Source: a virus. From it: 64,000 nucleotides of DNA. A program made the position numbers and the translations under genes. The stretch's first letter is position 1. Each line of letters starts with the position of its first letter. The notes under the pieces are model-generated. The model worked only from the letters and a program-made list of their open reading frames with translations. It was not told the DNA's origin and ran no database searches. Shown piece after piece: positions 49,226 through 58,651 of the stretch. Location: the IMG/VR virus record IMGVR_UViG_3300047491_001293, positions 20,312 to 84,311 of that record; one strand, 5' to 3'.

Positions 49226-50446
49226 ATGAAAGAGTCGCAGGGAAAATTGCTAATTCTTGGCGCAAACTTAGAAACAATACCATTGGTTCAAGTCGCCAAT
49301 GAAGTTGGCGTTTACACAATCGTCACTGACTACGATCCAAACGCACCTGCGAAAAGATTTGCCAAAAAAAGCTTTAATATTGACGGAATGGATATCGAAA
49401 AAATTGTCAATCTTGCCAGAGCAGAAAATATAAACGGAGTTTTGGTTGGAGTTGCCGATTTACTTGTGCCAACTTACCAGAAGGCTTGCCAAATTCTCAA
49501 ACTTCCATGCTATGCCAATACTAGATCCATAACAGTTTTGTCCAACAAGCGCAATTTTAAGATGGCTTGTGAAAAAAATAACATTCATGGTGTGCTTGAG
49601 TTTTCAGAATCGAACATTGAATACCCAGTGCTTGTAAAACCTGTTGATAGCTGTTCAGGTCAAGGCATCACAGTGTGTCGCCAAAAAGAAAGTTTGCCAC
49701 AATCAATAATAAAGGCAAAGTCAGCATCAAGATCTGGACAATTCATAATTGAGAAATACATGAAATGCGACAATGTCGCCCTGTATTACACATTCATGGA
49801 TGGAAAGTGTCACTTATCAGTTATGGGCGACATGAAAACATTGGAGATTGAGAGGGGAAGCCCTGTGAACCTTGGAAATATCTACCCATCAAAGCACACC
49901 AATCTCTATCTTGAAAAATTTCATGATAAATTCAAAAGATTTTTCAGCAATTTGGGCATAGAGAATGGCGTAATGCTCATCCAAGCGTTTGTGGAGAACA
50001 ACGAGTTTTATGTCTATGACCCTGGATTCAGGCTGCAGGGTGAAGCGCCACATATACTTTTGAATGCAATAAATGGATTTGACCATAGAAAGATGCTGGT
50101 AAAATTCGCATTGACTGGTCGTATGGAAGATGCAAATTTTCCTGGTGGCAATGATTGTTACCTAAAAGGAAAAATGGCAGCAACCATCTGGATTTTGTTA
50201 TCAGAGGGAAAAATTGAAAGAATAGAGGGCATGTCAAGTGAAGATCCAAGAGTGGTTCATGTGGCGCAACGCCTTCATGAAGGAGATATAGTTGAAGAAA
50301 AAATGATTGGAACAGAGAAGCAAGTATTTGCAAGATTGTTTGTTGTTTGCGATTCTAGAGAAGAGCTGGAAGATTTAAGAAGCTATTTGAAAGAAAAAAT
50401 CAAAGTGTTCGACAAATTTGGAAATAGCTTGATTTATCCAACATGA
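49226..50446 (+). CDS. ATP-grasp ligase of polysaccharide loci
   Basis: LLILGA, VLVKPVDSCSGQGI, IIEKYM, DPGFRLQG. Confidence 0.85.
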   Translation: MKESQGKLLILGANLETIPLVQVANEVGVYTIVTDYDPNAPAKRFAKKSFNIDGMDIEKIVNLARAENINGVLVGVADLLVPTYQKACQILKLPCYANTRSITVLSNKRNFKMACEKNNIHGVLEFSESNIEYPVLVKPVDSCSGQGITVCRQKESLPQSIIKAKSASRSGQFIIEKYMKCDNVALYYTFMDGKCHLSVMGDMKTLEIERGSPVNLGNIYPSKHTNLYLEKFHDKFKRFFSNLGIENGVMLIQAFVENNEFYVYDPGFRLQGEAPHILLNAINGFDHRKMLVKFALTGRMEDANFPGGNDCYLKGKMAATIWILLSEGKIERIEGMSSEDPRVVHVAQRLHEGDIVEEKMIGTEKQVFARLFVVCDSREELEDLRSYLKEKIKVFDKFGNSLIYPT

Positions 50447-50448
50447 AT

Positions 50449-51150
50449 TTAATTTGGCTTATGTGACAAATGCAGCACTGTTTCTCTCGGGACATGAATT
50501 ATTTTGAAATCATGCAACCTTTCCATCCTTTCCCACAAATCCGCATCGGCTGGCCTATTTTGCCTCACGCAATTTCTAAACCTTAAGTTTGTCTTGTCCA
50601 ATCGCCAACTTACGCTTGAAAACAGCGTGTTTGCGTACATCATTGGGTTGTTTCCGTATTTTATATCACTCACAATTTCACGGGGAACCTTGCCCAATTT
50701 TTTTTCGCTTCCCCTTGTATAGACAAGACAAGCGTCTTGATAATTTTGATATGCAAAAGCCAAACAGGAAAGATGGTTTGGCATCCAAATGTCACAATCT
50801 GTCATCACACAGAGAAAAACAACACCATCAGAAATCATTAAGTCAAAGGCAAAATCGCCAGCATTAATGCCACCACAATGCCACAAGTCGACGCCAGTAT
50901 ACTTATACCTTTCAGATTCGACCTTGGCATTCCTTATGGTTATCTTGTCCTTTGGGACAAATGAAGAAATTTCATAAAGCTCATCTATTGGATCATAATT
51001 GTCGCCTATGAGGTATATGTGCCAATTCTTATAAATCTGCGCACATACCGAGGCAAGCGTCTTGGAGAGAAAATTTTTATTTGTCCCATTTCTCGGATAA
51101 GTAAGTATCCTCACATGAAACTTTATTTCATTAGTGTAAATTTTTAGCAT
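50449..51150 (-). CDS. GT2-family glycosyltransferase
   Basis: LASVCAQIYKNW, IGD, DCDIWMPNHL, DADLW. Confidence 0.75.
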   Translation of the reverse strand: MLKIYTNEIKFHVRILTYPRNGTNKNFLSKTLASVCAQIYKNWHIYLIGDNYDPIDELYEISSFVPKDKITIRNAKVESERYKYTGVDLWHCGGINAGDFAFDLMISDGVVFLCVMTDCDIWMPNHLSCLAFAYQNYQDACLVYTRGSEKKLGKVPREIVSDIKYGNNPMMYANTLFSSVSWRLDKTNLRFRNCVRQNRPADADLWERMERLHDFKIIHVPRETVLHLSHKPN

Positions 51151-51167
51151 ACAAAGGTATTAGAGTC

Positions 51168-52274
51168 ATGATAGGAATTTCATCATCATCGTGCGAACCA
51201 CATGATTTCGACCACATCAATGAAGTTGTTGAAAGTGGCTGGCTTGGCCCTGGGAAGTATGTCAATGCTGTTGAGAGCCTCATGGAGAAAAGACTTGGAC
51301 GCCCGTTCGTTCTGGTCAACAATGGAACGAATGCCATACAACTATCTTTGAGAATGCTTGGATTGCCACATGGCTCAAAGGTTATAGTGCCAAGCTTTAC
51401 ATTTGTCGGTTGCGTTAACGCTATAATCCTTGAGGGTTTAATCCCAGTATTCTGTGATGTATCTGAAGATGATGGCAATATCACAAAGAAAACCGTAAAG
51501 GACTCTTGGCGACGGGGCGTCCGAGCAATTCTTGCCGTTCATTATGGCGGCAAGCCATGTTGCGTATCAGACATATCCAGCCTTGGAGTACCAATTATAG
51601 AGGATGTGGCACACGCCATTGACAGCAAAATTGGAGACAAATTTTGTGGAACAATTGGTGATTCCGGATGCTTTTCTTTCGATCCCATAAAAAATGTATC
51701 AAGTCCTGACGCTGGTGGGATCGTCTTTAAAGATGAGAAATCAGCATCCATGGCAAGATCGTTAAGGCACTGCGGTTTGAATCAAACCTCTTATGACGCA
51801 TCCCTAAAAAAGAAAATATGGTGGCAACATGAAGTTGTTGGCACTTTTCAGAAATGCATACCTAACGATATTTCAGCTGGTGTAATATTATCTCAAATGA
51901 AGAGACTTAATGAACTTCAAAAAAAAAGGAAAGCCATATGGAATTTTTACCAAGAAAATTTAAATGGGACAAAAATTAGGCTTCCTTCTCCACCTGAAAA
52001 AGGAACACAGCATAGTTATTTCACATATCTTATAAGGCACAATAAAAGAAACGAACTGGCGAGTTTTTTGCTGAAGAACAACATATACTCAACACTACGG
52101 TGGTATCCTCTCCACAAACAAAAAATATTTAAAAGTTTTTCTTATTCTGATCTTAAAGCCACCAATAGACTTTCGCAGACTGGCTTGAATATACCAGTCC
52201 ACACAAGAATGACGGAAAATGACGCACTTAAAGTTGTTCGTGCCATAAAAATGTTTTTGGGGAATGTTTCATGA
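51168..52274 (+). CDS. DegT/DnrJ/EryC1/StrS sugar aminotransferase
   Basis: VNNGT, PSFTF, VHYGG, IEDVAHA, FSFDPIKN. Confidence 0.92.
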   Translation: MIGISSSSCEPHDFDHINEVVESGWLGPGKYVNAVESLMEKRLGRPFVLVNNGTNAIQLSLRMLGLPHGSKVIVPSFTFVGCVNAIILEGLIPVFCDVSEDDGNITKKTVKDSWRRGVRAILAVHYGGKPCCVSDISSLGVPIIEDVAHAIDSKIGDKFCGTIGDSGCFSFDPIKNVSSPDAGGIVFKDEKSASMARSLRHCGLNQTSYDASLKKKIWWQHEVVGTFQKCIPNDISAGVILSQMKRLNELQKKRKAIWNFYQENLNGTKIRLPSPPEKGTQHSYFTYLIRHNKRNELASFLLKNNIYSTLRWYPLHKQKIFKSFSYSDLKATNRLSQTGLNIPVHTRMTENDALKVVRAIKMFLGNVS

Positions 52275-52978
52275 AAATAGCATCAACCATGATAGTCAGA
52301 AATGAAGCCGACATAATATCAACTTGTGTAGAAAACACTCTTGAACAATGTGACAAAATAATGGTTGCCAACAATGGCTCAAACGATGAAACATTGTCCA
52401 TACTAGGAAATTACAAAGAAGTTGAAGTTTACGAATTTGATGGTTTATACAAGCATGGCGAGGCGCACAACATGCTAATAAGCAAATGCTCCGAATACGA
52501 CTGGGTGGTTCCAATTGATGCCGATGAGATATGGCATGGCATAGTCAATGCCTGTTCATCGGCAAGCACACACACGCTTGTTGTGCCAACCATAAAGCAC
52601 TACATGGCAATGGTTGATGAATGCATATTCAAGCAAGAAAACTTCCCTTACTTTAAGATGGAGGGAATACTTGAATACCCAAGGCTAATATTCAAGCCTA
52701 CACACATGGGAAGGCCAGTTTGCGTTGACGATGGATGCCACAACAATGGCATCAAGGATAGTTCAGTAACCAATTTGGTCGCAATAGATCACTTTCCAAA
52801 GAGATCTTCCAACCAATACCACAAAAAGATAAGCCATGGATATGGCTCATTCATCAAAAGGAAGACACCAGACCAGGTTGGGAGGCACTGGAAACCATGG
52901 TATGAATCCATAGATGATGGGTCGTTTCATGAAAAATTCAAAATGGAATTGAATGCCAACAGAAGTTTGCTTTTATGA
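52271..52978 (+). CDS. GT2-family glycosyltransferase
   Basis: VRNEADII, NNGSNDET, WVVPIDADE, HFPKRS. Confidence 0.85.
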   Translation: MKIASTMIVRNEADIISTCVENTLEQCDKIMVANNGSNDETLSILGNYKEVEVYEFDGLYKHGEAHNMLISKCSEYDWVVPIDADEIWHGIVNACSSASTHTLVVPTIKHYMAMVDECIFKQENFPYFKMEGILEYPRLIFKPTHMGRPVCVDDGCHNNGIKDSSVTNLVAIDHFPKRSSNQYHKKISHGYGSFIKRKTPDQVGRHWKPWYESIDDGSFHEKFKMELNANRSLLL

Positions 52979-53023
52979 GGCGCATAAATTTGCCCAATTA
53001 ATTCTTGAAACTTAAAATATTTC

Positions 53024-53329
53024 ATGAAAAGAAGTTGGGTTTCAAGATATAAGTCTACGATGAGTTGTGTGTATTGCGGCATAAGCAATCCAGTGCTGCT
53101 CGACTTCCACCATCTTGACCCAGGCAAAAAGACCAGAAACATATCCAGTATCAAAGACAAGCATGGAATCATGGATGAGGCATCCAGGTGCGAGCCTGTG
53201 TGCGCAAATTGCCACAGGAAGATACATAGTGGGGTTAACCTATGCCGTTCAAAGACATCGAAAAAAGAAGAAAGTACCACAGCGAATACAACAAGGAGTG
53301 GTACATTAAGAACAAGAAATCAAGAATAA
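53024..53329 (+). CDS. HNH endonuclease-like protein
   Basis: CVYCG..LDFHH..CEPVCANCHR. Confidence 0.7.
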   Translation: MKRSWVSRYKSTMSCVYCGISNPVLLDFHHLDPGKKTRNISSIKDKHGIMDEASRCEPVCANCHRKIHSGVNLCRSKTSKKEESTTANTTRSGTLRTRNQE

Positions 53330-53577
53330 AAAGAATTAGGGAACGCAAAAGAGAGATAAGGGAAGAGCTCAAGAGATACAAGCATGAAAACAAATGCGAG
53401 GTTTGCCGTGAGGATCACCCAAGCGCACTGGACTTCCACCATGTAGGCGACAAGAGTCACCTTGTGAGCGTCATGATTGGGGATGGTTACAGCATTGAGT
53501 CAATAATGAAGGAAGTCGCAAAGTGCAAGCTCTTGTGCGCAAACTGCCATCGTTTGGAACACTACAACAAGCAATGA
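53242..53577 (+). CDS. HNH endonuclease-like protein
   Basis: CEVC..LDFHH..KCKLLCANCHR. Confidence 0.8.
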   Translation: MPFKDIEKRRKYHSEYNKEWYIKNKKSRIKRIRERKREIREELKRYKHENKCEVCREDHPSALDFHHVGDKSHLVSVMIGDGYSIESIMKEVAKCKLLCANCHRLEHYNKQ

Positions 53578-53587
53578 TCTTATAGAT

Positions 53588-54334
53588 CTATAGATCATCA
53601 TCATTTTTAGAGAATTTAAAACCAGAATTTATTGCGGCAATACGAATTTGACTCACATATTGGTTTGAAACCCTCATATCTTTGGCTATATCAGACCCAC
53701 GCTCGCCATCAAGCATGCGCCTAACTATCTCCAATGTCCTGTTTGGTTTGTCCTTGCGTGGGTACTGCGATAAAACTCTGTTAATTGTTCGCCCACTCTC
53801 AATAACTGCGGAGTGGACTGTAACCTTTGTGACATGGTATTTGGCGCATAGCTGATCGACACTAGCGCCAGCATTGTATTCATCCGCAATTGCCTTTCTG
53901 CGATTGGCTCTCTGTTCATGTGAAAGCTGCGGTATGGTGTCCTTGACAGTACCCTTGCAAACAGAGTGTTTTTTGCATATCTCATCAATTGGAATGCCCT
54001 GTATGTAATCATTCACAATCTTAGATCTTCTGACAGACCTATCTTTCCTACTCATCCTAGGGATCGCAAGGTGTTTGACATATTCTTTTGATACCGAAAA
54101 TTTTTTTGCTATTTCATCAATTTTCATTCCACAATTGAAAGCTTGAACAATCTCAAGCCTTCTCTTGGCTCTCTCTGGATGGGAAAGTTTTTTTGGTTTT
54201 ACACAAGAAATGATCTTGTTGATCATCGCAAGCGGTACCTTGTGTTTTTTGACCAAAACATCAATCGTCATGCCATTTTGACAATCAGAAACAATGGCAT
54301 CATGGATTGCCTTCGTGACTTGGTAGTTAGGCAT
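53588..54334 (-). CDS. Multi-HTH DNA-binding protein
   Basis: Five units of the type I...Y/F..G..IDEIA.K..VS...V. Confidence 0.75.
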   Translation of the reverse strand: MPNYQVTKAIHDAIVSDCQNGMTIDVLVKKHKVPLAMINKIISCVKPKKLSHPERAKRRLEIVQAFNCGMKIDEIAKKFSVSKEYVKHLAIPRMSRKDRSVRRSKIVNDYIQGIPIDEICKKHSVCKGTVKDTIPQLSHEQRANRRKAIADEYNAGASVDQLCAKYHVTKVTVHSAVIESGRTINRVLSQYPRKDKPNRTLEIVRRMLDGERGSDIAKDMRVSNQYVSQIRIAAINSGFKFSKNDDDL

Positions 54335-55047
54335 TAGGATCTCCGCAGTGAAGAGATTACCTCTTCAAGTTCCTTATTGGTTTTGTTGAATACCTTGAAC
54401 AGCCTTTTGCCAGATGTCTTCTTTGATCTTCTCAAACGCTTGACAAATCCAAATGAATCTAAAAACCGAACTGCTAATGCATGATTGCCAGATATAAGTG
54501 GAACCGTCTTTTCACCAATTATGGCAGGTTCCTCTTGTGTGGACTTTCTCATGGCATTGATTAAGTCAGTAAAATTAAAAAGACCAATTTGCCTAAGGAA
54601 GCCCCAGGTTTTGATGACTGTTTCAATCGAAATGGATTTATTTCCCTTCCTTGAAACAAATATTACTTTGTCATTATCCATAGTCCAACAGTTCTTGGAA
54701 AACCGTCTCACCGAACGACCATGGAATCTTGTCCCATTGCTTGAATTGACCATTTTCCTTGGAGTCTTGGTTTGCTCACGACCTATCTTCCTTGGAATTT
54801 GAATATGCCCATAATTCTCAAATGACTTAAGCTCATTTTCAATCAAATTTAAAATGTTTGTACGCAGATCAGAGACTTTTTCCTCCAGCTCAAGAGCATG
54901 TCTTTGCCCAGCTATCTGGTCGTCAATTGTCCTTGCCTGTTTGATGTGGCCAGCAGCATCCACAAGGATTTTCATCCTCACTTGATTTAAATCTTTGGAC
55001 AGACCATCGACTATGTCACGAATCTTCCTAATCACTTCCTTGGCCAT
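54334..55047 (-). CDS. Hypothetical basic protein
   Basis: 237 aa; AGGAG SD. Confidence 0.65.
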   Translation of the reverse strand: MAKEVIRKIRDIVDGLSKDLNQVRMKILVDAAGHIKQARTIDDQIAGQRHALELEEKVSDLRTNILNLIENELKSFENYGHIQIPRKIGREQTKTPRKMVNSSNGTRFHGRSVRRFSKNCWTMDNDKVIFVSRKGNKSISIETVIKTWGFLRQIGLFNFTDLINAMRKSTQEEPAIIGEKTVPLISGNHALAVRFLDSFGFVKRLRRSKKTSGKRLFKVFNKTNKELEEVISSLRRS

Positions 55048-55059
55048 TTCTAAACTCCT

Positions 55060-55091
55060 AAAAAAAAGGCCACCAAGCTTCCCTAGTGGCC
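55060..55091 (-). terminator. Putative terminator after 55100-55987
   Basis: GGCCAC-N12-GTGGCC with an A8 run giving a U-tract on the minus strand. Confidence 0.5.
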
Positions 55092-55099
55092 GAAACCAA

Positions 55100-55987
55100 T
55101 TAAATGTCAGTGCTGGTACCCAATATCTCTGCAGCAGCTTGGATTTTTCGATCTCCTTGGGCGACAGGAGTGTCGTTCATGGCAAACTTAGGATATGAAG
55201 GGTAAACAACTGGGGAGATGAGTCGAAATATGATCATCAGATCATTGACGCTCTTGGCATAGCCACACACTCTTTCCAGAAACCCTGGACGGACAGTCAC
55301 ACCACTGTCACGCTGGATTGCAGCAATTTTTTCTTCATCGGTAAGCAACTCTAAGGAAGATGTGCCACTGAGGAACGCAGCAATCTTCATGCCAGCTGAT
55401 TTTTCCGTGTCCGTGGCCGGCACAAACTCCCGACCATGACCAAAATGACCATTTAACAGATCGTTCAACGGCTTGATGCCAATGACTGGATTGAGAATCA
55501 GCTCTTGATGTATGAGCTTTTCAGCGTCAGTTTGGTGCAGCCCAGCCTCAACAAACGCCTCAATGTAGACAGTCCTTGCGTCGTGGCCTTCTGGAACCTC
55601 TGGAAAACGAAACTTGAACTTGTCTGTGAAAATCCAAGAGGCAGTGTGATCATCCTTGCCGTCCTTTTGGCTGACAAGCTGCGGATTGCTTGGCTTGTTC
55701 TTTTGCTCAAAATATTTTTGGGCAAATTTTGTCAGACAGATTTCATTCAGCGTGTCCTTGGTGTGCTCAAGCCTTTGCATCACAGGCTCACTAACTGTCT
55801 TTGCCTCGATCCAACGGGCGAATGCGGCCTCCTCTGTCGGTGTAAAATCAAGTCTCCATTTCGCAACCTTACCCTTGGGCGCTGGGGTAGCCTTTGGCAG
55901 ATTGTCCATGAGATTTTCAAGCACATTGGTCGCTGTCTGAACAGCGGAAGTAGACTTGGCCTTCTTAGTAGCCATGATGTTCTCCAT
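55100..55987 (-). CDS. Hypothetical protein, probably early
   Basis: 295 aa (start may be MATKK at 55975); early-type promoter upstream. Confidence 0.75.
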   Translation of the reverse strand: MENIMATKKAKSTSAVQTATNVLENLMDNLPKATPAPKGKVAKWRLDFTPTEEAAFARWIEAKTVSEPVMQRLEHTKDTLNEICLTKFAQKYFEQKNKPSNPQLVSQKDGKDDHTASWIFTDKFKFRFPEVPEGHDARTVYIEAFVEAGLHQTDAEKLIHQELILNPVIGIKPLNDLLNGHFGHGREFVPATDTEKSAGMKIAAFLSGTSSLELLTDEEKIAAIQRDSGVTVRPGFLERVCGYAKSVNDLMIIFRLISPVVYPSYPKFAMNDTPVAQGDRKIQAAAEILGTSTDI

Positions 55988-56032
55988 TTCTTTCCATTCT
56001 TTGAGCTGAGCCCACTGCCCCGCTCTGAAACA

Positions 56033-56060
56033 AGTTTACGACTGTTATGTAAACTGTAAA
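56033..56060 (-). promoter_or_regulatory. T4-early/sigma70-type promoter
   Basis: Minus strand TTTACA-N16-TAAACT. Confidence 0.55.
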
Positions 56061-56069
56061 GTAAAAATT

Positions 56070-56387
56070 TTAAATTTGTTTAAGTTCCATTTTAAATTTT
56101 GGAAATTCATCGTAAGTCCTTCCAAGTAAAAGCCTTCCGTTTTTCTTTTTGTTCTTTCCTCCCCATTGCTTGAAGAAAAATGCAATGTTTTTTTCTTCAC
56201 ATTGGCTTTTGATCGACAAAACCCAAGATTCATGCATTGGTCTTGATTTGGCGCCACTTTCACCACCAACTATTACCCAGTCTATACCACTAAAATCAAC
56301 TACACCAAGATCCTCAAGCAATGGCTCTATGGACAGAAATTTCACGCTTGCTGGTGTGTTTTTCAAGTCTTCAATCCGTGGCAGACC
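56070..56387 (-). pseudogene. C-terminal fragment of a DUF5131 (phage Gp37/Gp68) gene, fused in frame to a microprotein cassette
   Basis: [43 protein letters not shown]. Confidence 0.85.
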
Positions 56388-56597
56388 ATCATTCTGCCAA
56401 TGATATGATAAGCTACCTTTCCAAGTATCATGCCACAATTTATTTGTAGACCAATTTCTCGACACATAAACAAATGAATTAAATGGCAAAAAATTTACTG
56501 TCGTATATCTGACTATGTGATTTTTCCAATTACATGACAAATCAAAACTAATATTCCAGCATTCAATGTCAGAACAGTTATTTTGTTTTAATATCAT
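56388..56597 (-). CDS. W/C/S-rich microprotein cassette reading into the DUF5131 fragment
   Basis: [27 protein letters not shown]; close paralog of 57045-57251. Confidence 0.55.
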
Positions 56598-56645
56598 CTT
56601 TTTTATACCATTCATCCAGACAAATAAACTTTACACGACTATCCA

Positions 56646-56828
56646 TCACGCATGCCTCCTTTCGTAAGCATGAGCATTCATATAAAAAGCCGCCTCTTCC
56701 GCTGTAAGAAACAGCTTGCAATTATTGGATTCAGTAAAAATTCTAGCTTGCTTAATGTCTTTATAATTAGCACTTAACAACCGAAAATTGCTAAATTTAT
56801 CCCCAAAAACAAAATAACACCTAATCAT
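56646..56828 (-). CDS. Small hypothetical protein within the array
   Basis: 60 aa MIRCYF; AGGA SD. Confidence 0.5.
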   Translation of the reverse strand: MIRCYFVFGDKFSNFRLLSANYKDIKQARIFTESNNCKLFLTAEEAAFYMNAHAYERRHA

Positions 56829-56838
56829 GACTCAAATC

Positions 56839-57048
56839 CTAAACATATTGTGAAAAAAGTGAAAACCTACAGCCACTAGAAAACATTTTTGATCTCCATG
56901 CTATTTTTGCATTAAAAATACACCTGTCTCTTCTTGATGCCCAACAAATCGAACTAGGATGGCAATTATTCCAACATTCATCGTTGCGATATCCAAGCCT
57001 ATTCCAGCAAACCTTGTCACCATCGTTTGAAATGTTTTTAAAGATCAT
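56839..57048 (-). CDS. W/C/S-rich microprotein cassette
   Basis: MIFKNISNDGDKVCW, 69 aa; ATGA overlap. Confidence 0.55.
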   Translation of the reverse strand: MIFKNISNDGDKVCWNRLGYRNDECWNNCHPSSICWASRRDRCIFNAKIAWRSKMFSSGCRFSLFSQYV

Positions 57049-57251
57049 ATGTTCCGCATCCAACAAAGTGACCAAAAATTCTTTTTATCCCAAAGTTCAG
57101 ACCAAGGTCCAGACCAAGACACGGACCAAGAAAAACAAATAGAAAAAGACAAATGCCAAGACCAAGCCATATGATTTTTCCAATGATGCGATAAATCAAA
57201 ATTATCATTCCAACATCGAATGTGAGAAAAATTATTTTGTTTTAATATCAT
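57045..57251 (-). CDS. W/S-rich microprotein cassette
   Basis: MILKQNNFSHIRCW...CWMRNI, 68 aa; ATGA overlap. Confidence 0.6.
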   Translation of the reverse strand: MILKQNNFSHIRCWNDNFDLSHHWKNHMAWSWHLSFSICFSWSVSWSGPWSELWDKKNFWSLCWMRNI

Positions 57252-57454
57252 ATGTTTTTGTTCCAACAAAATGATTTACAACTGGACGCAGACAAAGACG
57301 AAGACCAAGGTCCAGACCAAGGTCCAGACCAAGACCAAGACCTAGACCAATACTTACACCAAGGCTTAGAACCAAAACCAGACCAAGATACAGACATAGA
57401 CCTAGACAAAGACCAACATTTTACAGAAGAAAAAATATTAGTTTTGATAATCAT
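57248..57454 (-). CDS. W/S-repeat microprotein cassette
   Basis: MIIKTNIFSSVKCW...WSRSWSWSGPWSGPWS...CWNKNI, 68 aa; ATGA overlap. Confidence 0.6.
   Translation of the reverse strand: MIIKTNIFSSVKCWSLSRSMSVSWSGFGSKPWCKYWSRSWSWSGPWSGPWSSSLSASSCKSFCWNKNI
57302..57349. repeat. Hexamer/12-mer tandem repeat encoding W-S and G-P units
   Basis: AGACCAAGGTCC x2 then AGACCA AGACCA AGACCT AGACCA; 57313-57335 is identical to 57098-57120. Confidence 0.85.
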
Positions 57455-57672
57455 ATTGCTTGATTCCAATGTTCAGATCGTGTGCTTGGAAAAGTCCAGC
57501 AAATACTTGCTATATCATTATCTCTACCAAACTTAGAAGTTCCAAAATATCCTGTATTTCCATCAAAATCATAACTGGACAGGCACATACCATCTCTCGT
57601 AACTGGATGTGTCTTAATCCAATCGTTTGCAAATATTTGCACCAATGATGAAGACCAGATTTTTAAAATCAT
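57451..57672 (-). CDS. Microprotein cassette
   Basis: MILKIWS...HWNQAI, 73 aa; ATGA overlap. Confidence 0.55.
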   Translation of the reverse strand: MILKIWSSSLVQIFANDWIKTHPVTRDGMCLSSYDFDGNTGYFGTSKFGRDNDIASICWTFPSTRSEHWNQAI

Positions 57673-57857
57673 GTCGTCTTCTTTATATTACTATCCCTTT
57701 GCTCCAAAAAGATTTTACTCACCCTTTCATGTCTTTTCCAAAATTGCTCACGATTGCCATAATATTCTCCGTTTTCTTTAACCATTTCTAAAGCACAAAT
57801 GATATGATCCAACTCTGACAAGGTTAATTTAATGTTCCACGATAATTTAATGGTCAT
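57669..57857 (-). CDS. Small hypothetical protein
   Basis: 62 aa; GEYYGNREQFWKR; AGGAG SD. Confidence 0.6.
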   Translation of the reverse strand: MTIKLSWNIKLTLSELDHIICALEMVKENGEYYGNREQFWKRHERVSKIFLEQRDSNIKKTT

Positions 57858-58254
57858 TTCTCCTATATCTTAAAATGTTGTCTAATTTGTGATCAAATGA
57901 TGAATGCCAGCTATTGTGTGCAATTTTGACTGCATTTGGCAAGTGATCATATTCATCTTTGTCCAAATCAACAATATCATCAGGATGGTTGATAGATCCA
58001 TTCAATTTACTACCCATTGCTATTCTGATGATTCCTTCAGGAGCAAAGCGTAATCTATCTGCTCCACGACTATGACCAATCCACACATCAGCAGATACAT
58101 CGGGAATAGTGAAAGGCAACCCTTCGTCAAAAAACACATGATATCCTCTTTTTCTCATGAATTTTTCTAAATTGGCATACAGGTTCCCTGCTATAACTCT
58201 GTCTGGATTTCCTTTTATAATGACGACAGTCTTACCGATTCCATCTATACTCAT
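57847..58254 (-). CDS. Minimal alpha/beta-hydrolase-like protein
   Basis: WIGHSRGA nucleophile elbow; C-terminal D and H; GGAGG SD. Confidence 0.6.
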   Translation of the reverse strand: MSIDGIGKTVVIIKGNPDRVIAGNLYANLEKFMRKRGYHVFFDEGLPFTIPDVSADVWIGHSRGADRLRFAPEGIIRIAMGSKLNGSINHPDDIVDLDKDEYDHLPNAVKIAHNSWHSSFDHKLDNILRYRRNDH

Positions 58255-58402
58255 ATATATTCATCCTCCAATTAGAACAACCAAACGGATTATTGCATAC
58301 TTTTTCTTTCCAATTCATTGACATTGTAATGCCACCATTAATTTTCCAAAAAATAGTAGGCCAATTATAAGATCGTGGATAGGAATGATTTTTATGTATC
58401 AT
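58232..58402 (-). CDS. Microprotein cassette (absent from ORF track)
   Basis: MIHKNHSYPRSYNWPTIFWK...CSNWRMNIYEYRWNR, 56 aa. Confidence 0.4.
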   Translation of the reverse strand: MIHKNHSYPRSYNWPTIFWKINGGITMSMNWKEKVCNNPFGCSNWRMNIYEYRWNR

Positions 58403-58438
58403 GTCATAACCCAGTGTCGTGAGTGAACATTTTGAAGA

Positions 58439-58651
58439 TCATATATTAAACTTCCAATTGCGTGATCGTGGATTATTACTTGCATTGATAGATTCAGCTT
58501 TGTCCTCACGCCAAACTCCAGATAAATACATATAATTCCAGCAAGGAAAACAAATTTCACCAAACCAAAGATCCTTAGCACTACCAAAAGTATTGGAACC
58601 ACCTTGATGGCTAAAAACTTCAATTATAGAATTGGGTGTTTTAATATTCAT
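58439..58651 (-). CDS. Microprotein cassette
   Basis: MNIKTPN...RNWKFNI, 70 aa; ATGA overlaps at both ends. Confidence 0.5.
   Translation of the reverse strand: MNIKTPNSIIEVFSHQGGSNTFGSAKDLWFGEICFPCWNYMYLSGVWREDKAESINASNNPRSRNWKFNI

Noticed and set aside
4360-56059. Long antisense ORFs such as 4360-5007, 17174-17806, 30665-31279 and 55505-56059
   Set aside because: They fully overlap better-supported genes on the other strand and carry no recognisable motifs
57098-57415. CRISPR array
   Set aside because: Repeats are 6-12 nt in-frame coding units without unique spacers; no cas genes
57252-57536. Plus-strand ORF with DQGPDQGPDQDQ repeats
   Set aside because: Antisense shadow of the W-S repeat cassette; the minus-strand ORFs are ATGA-coupled and mutually homologous
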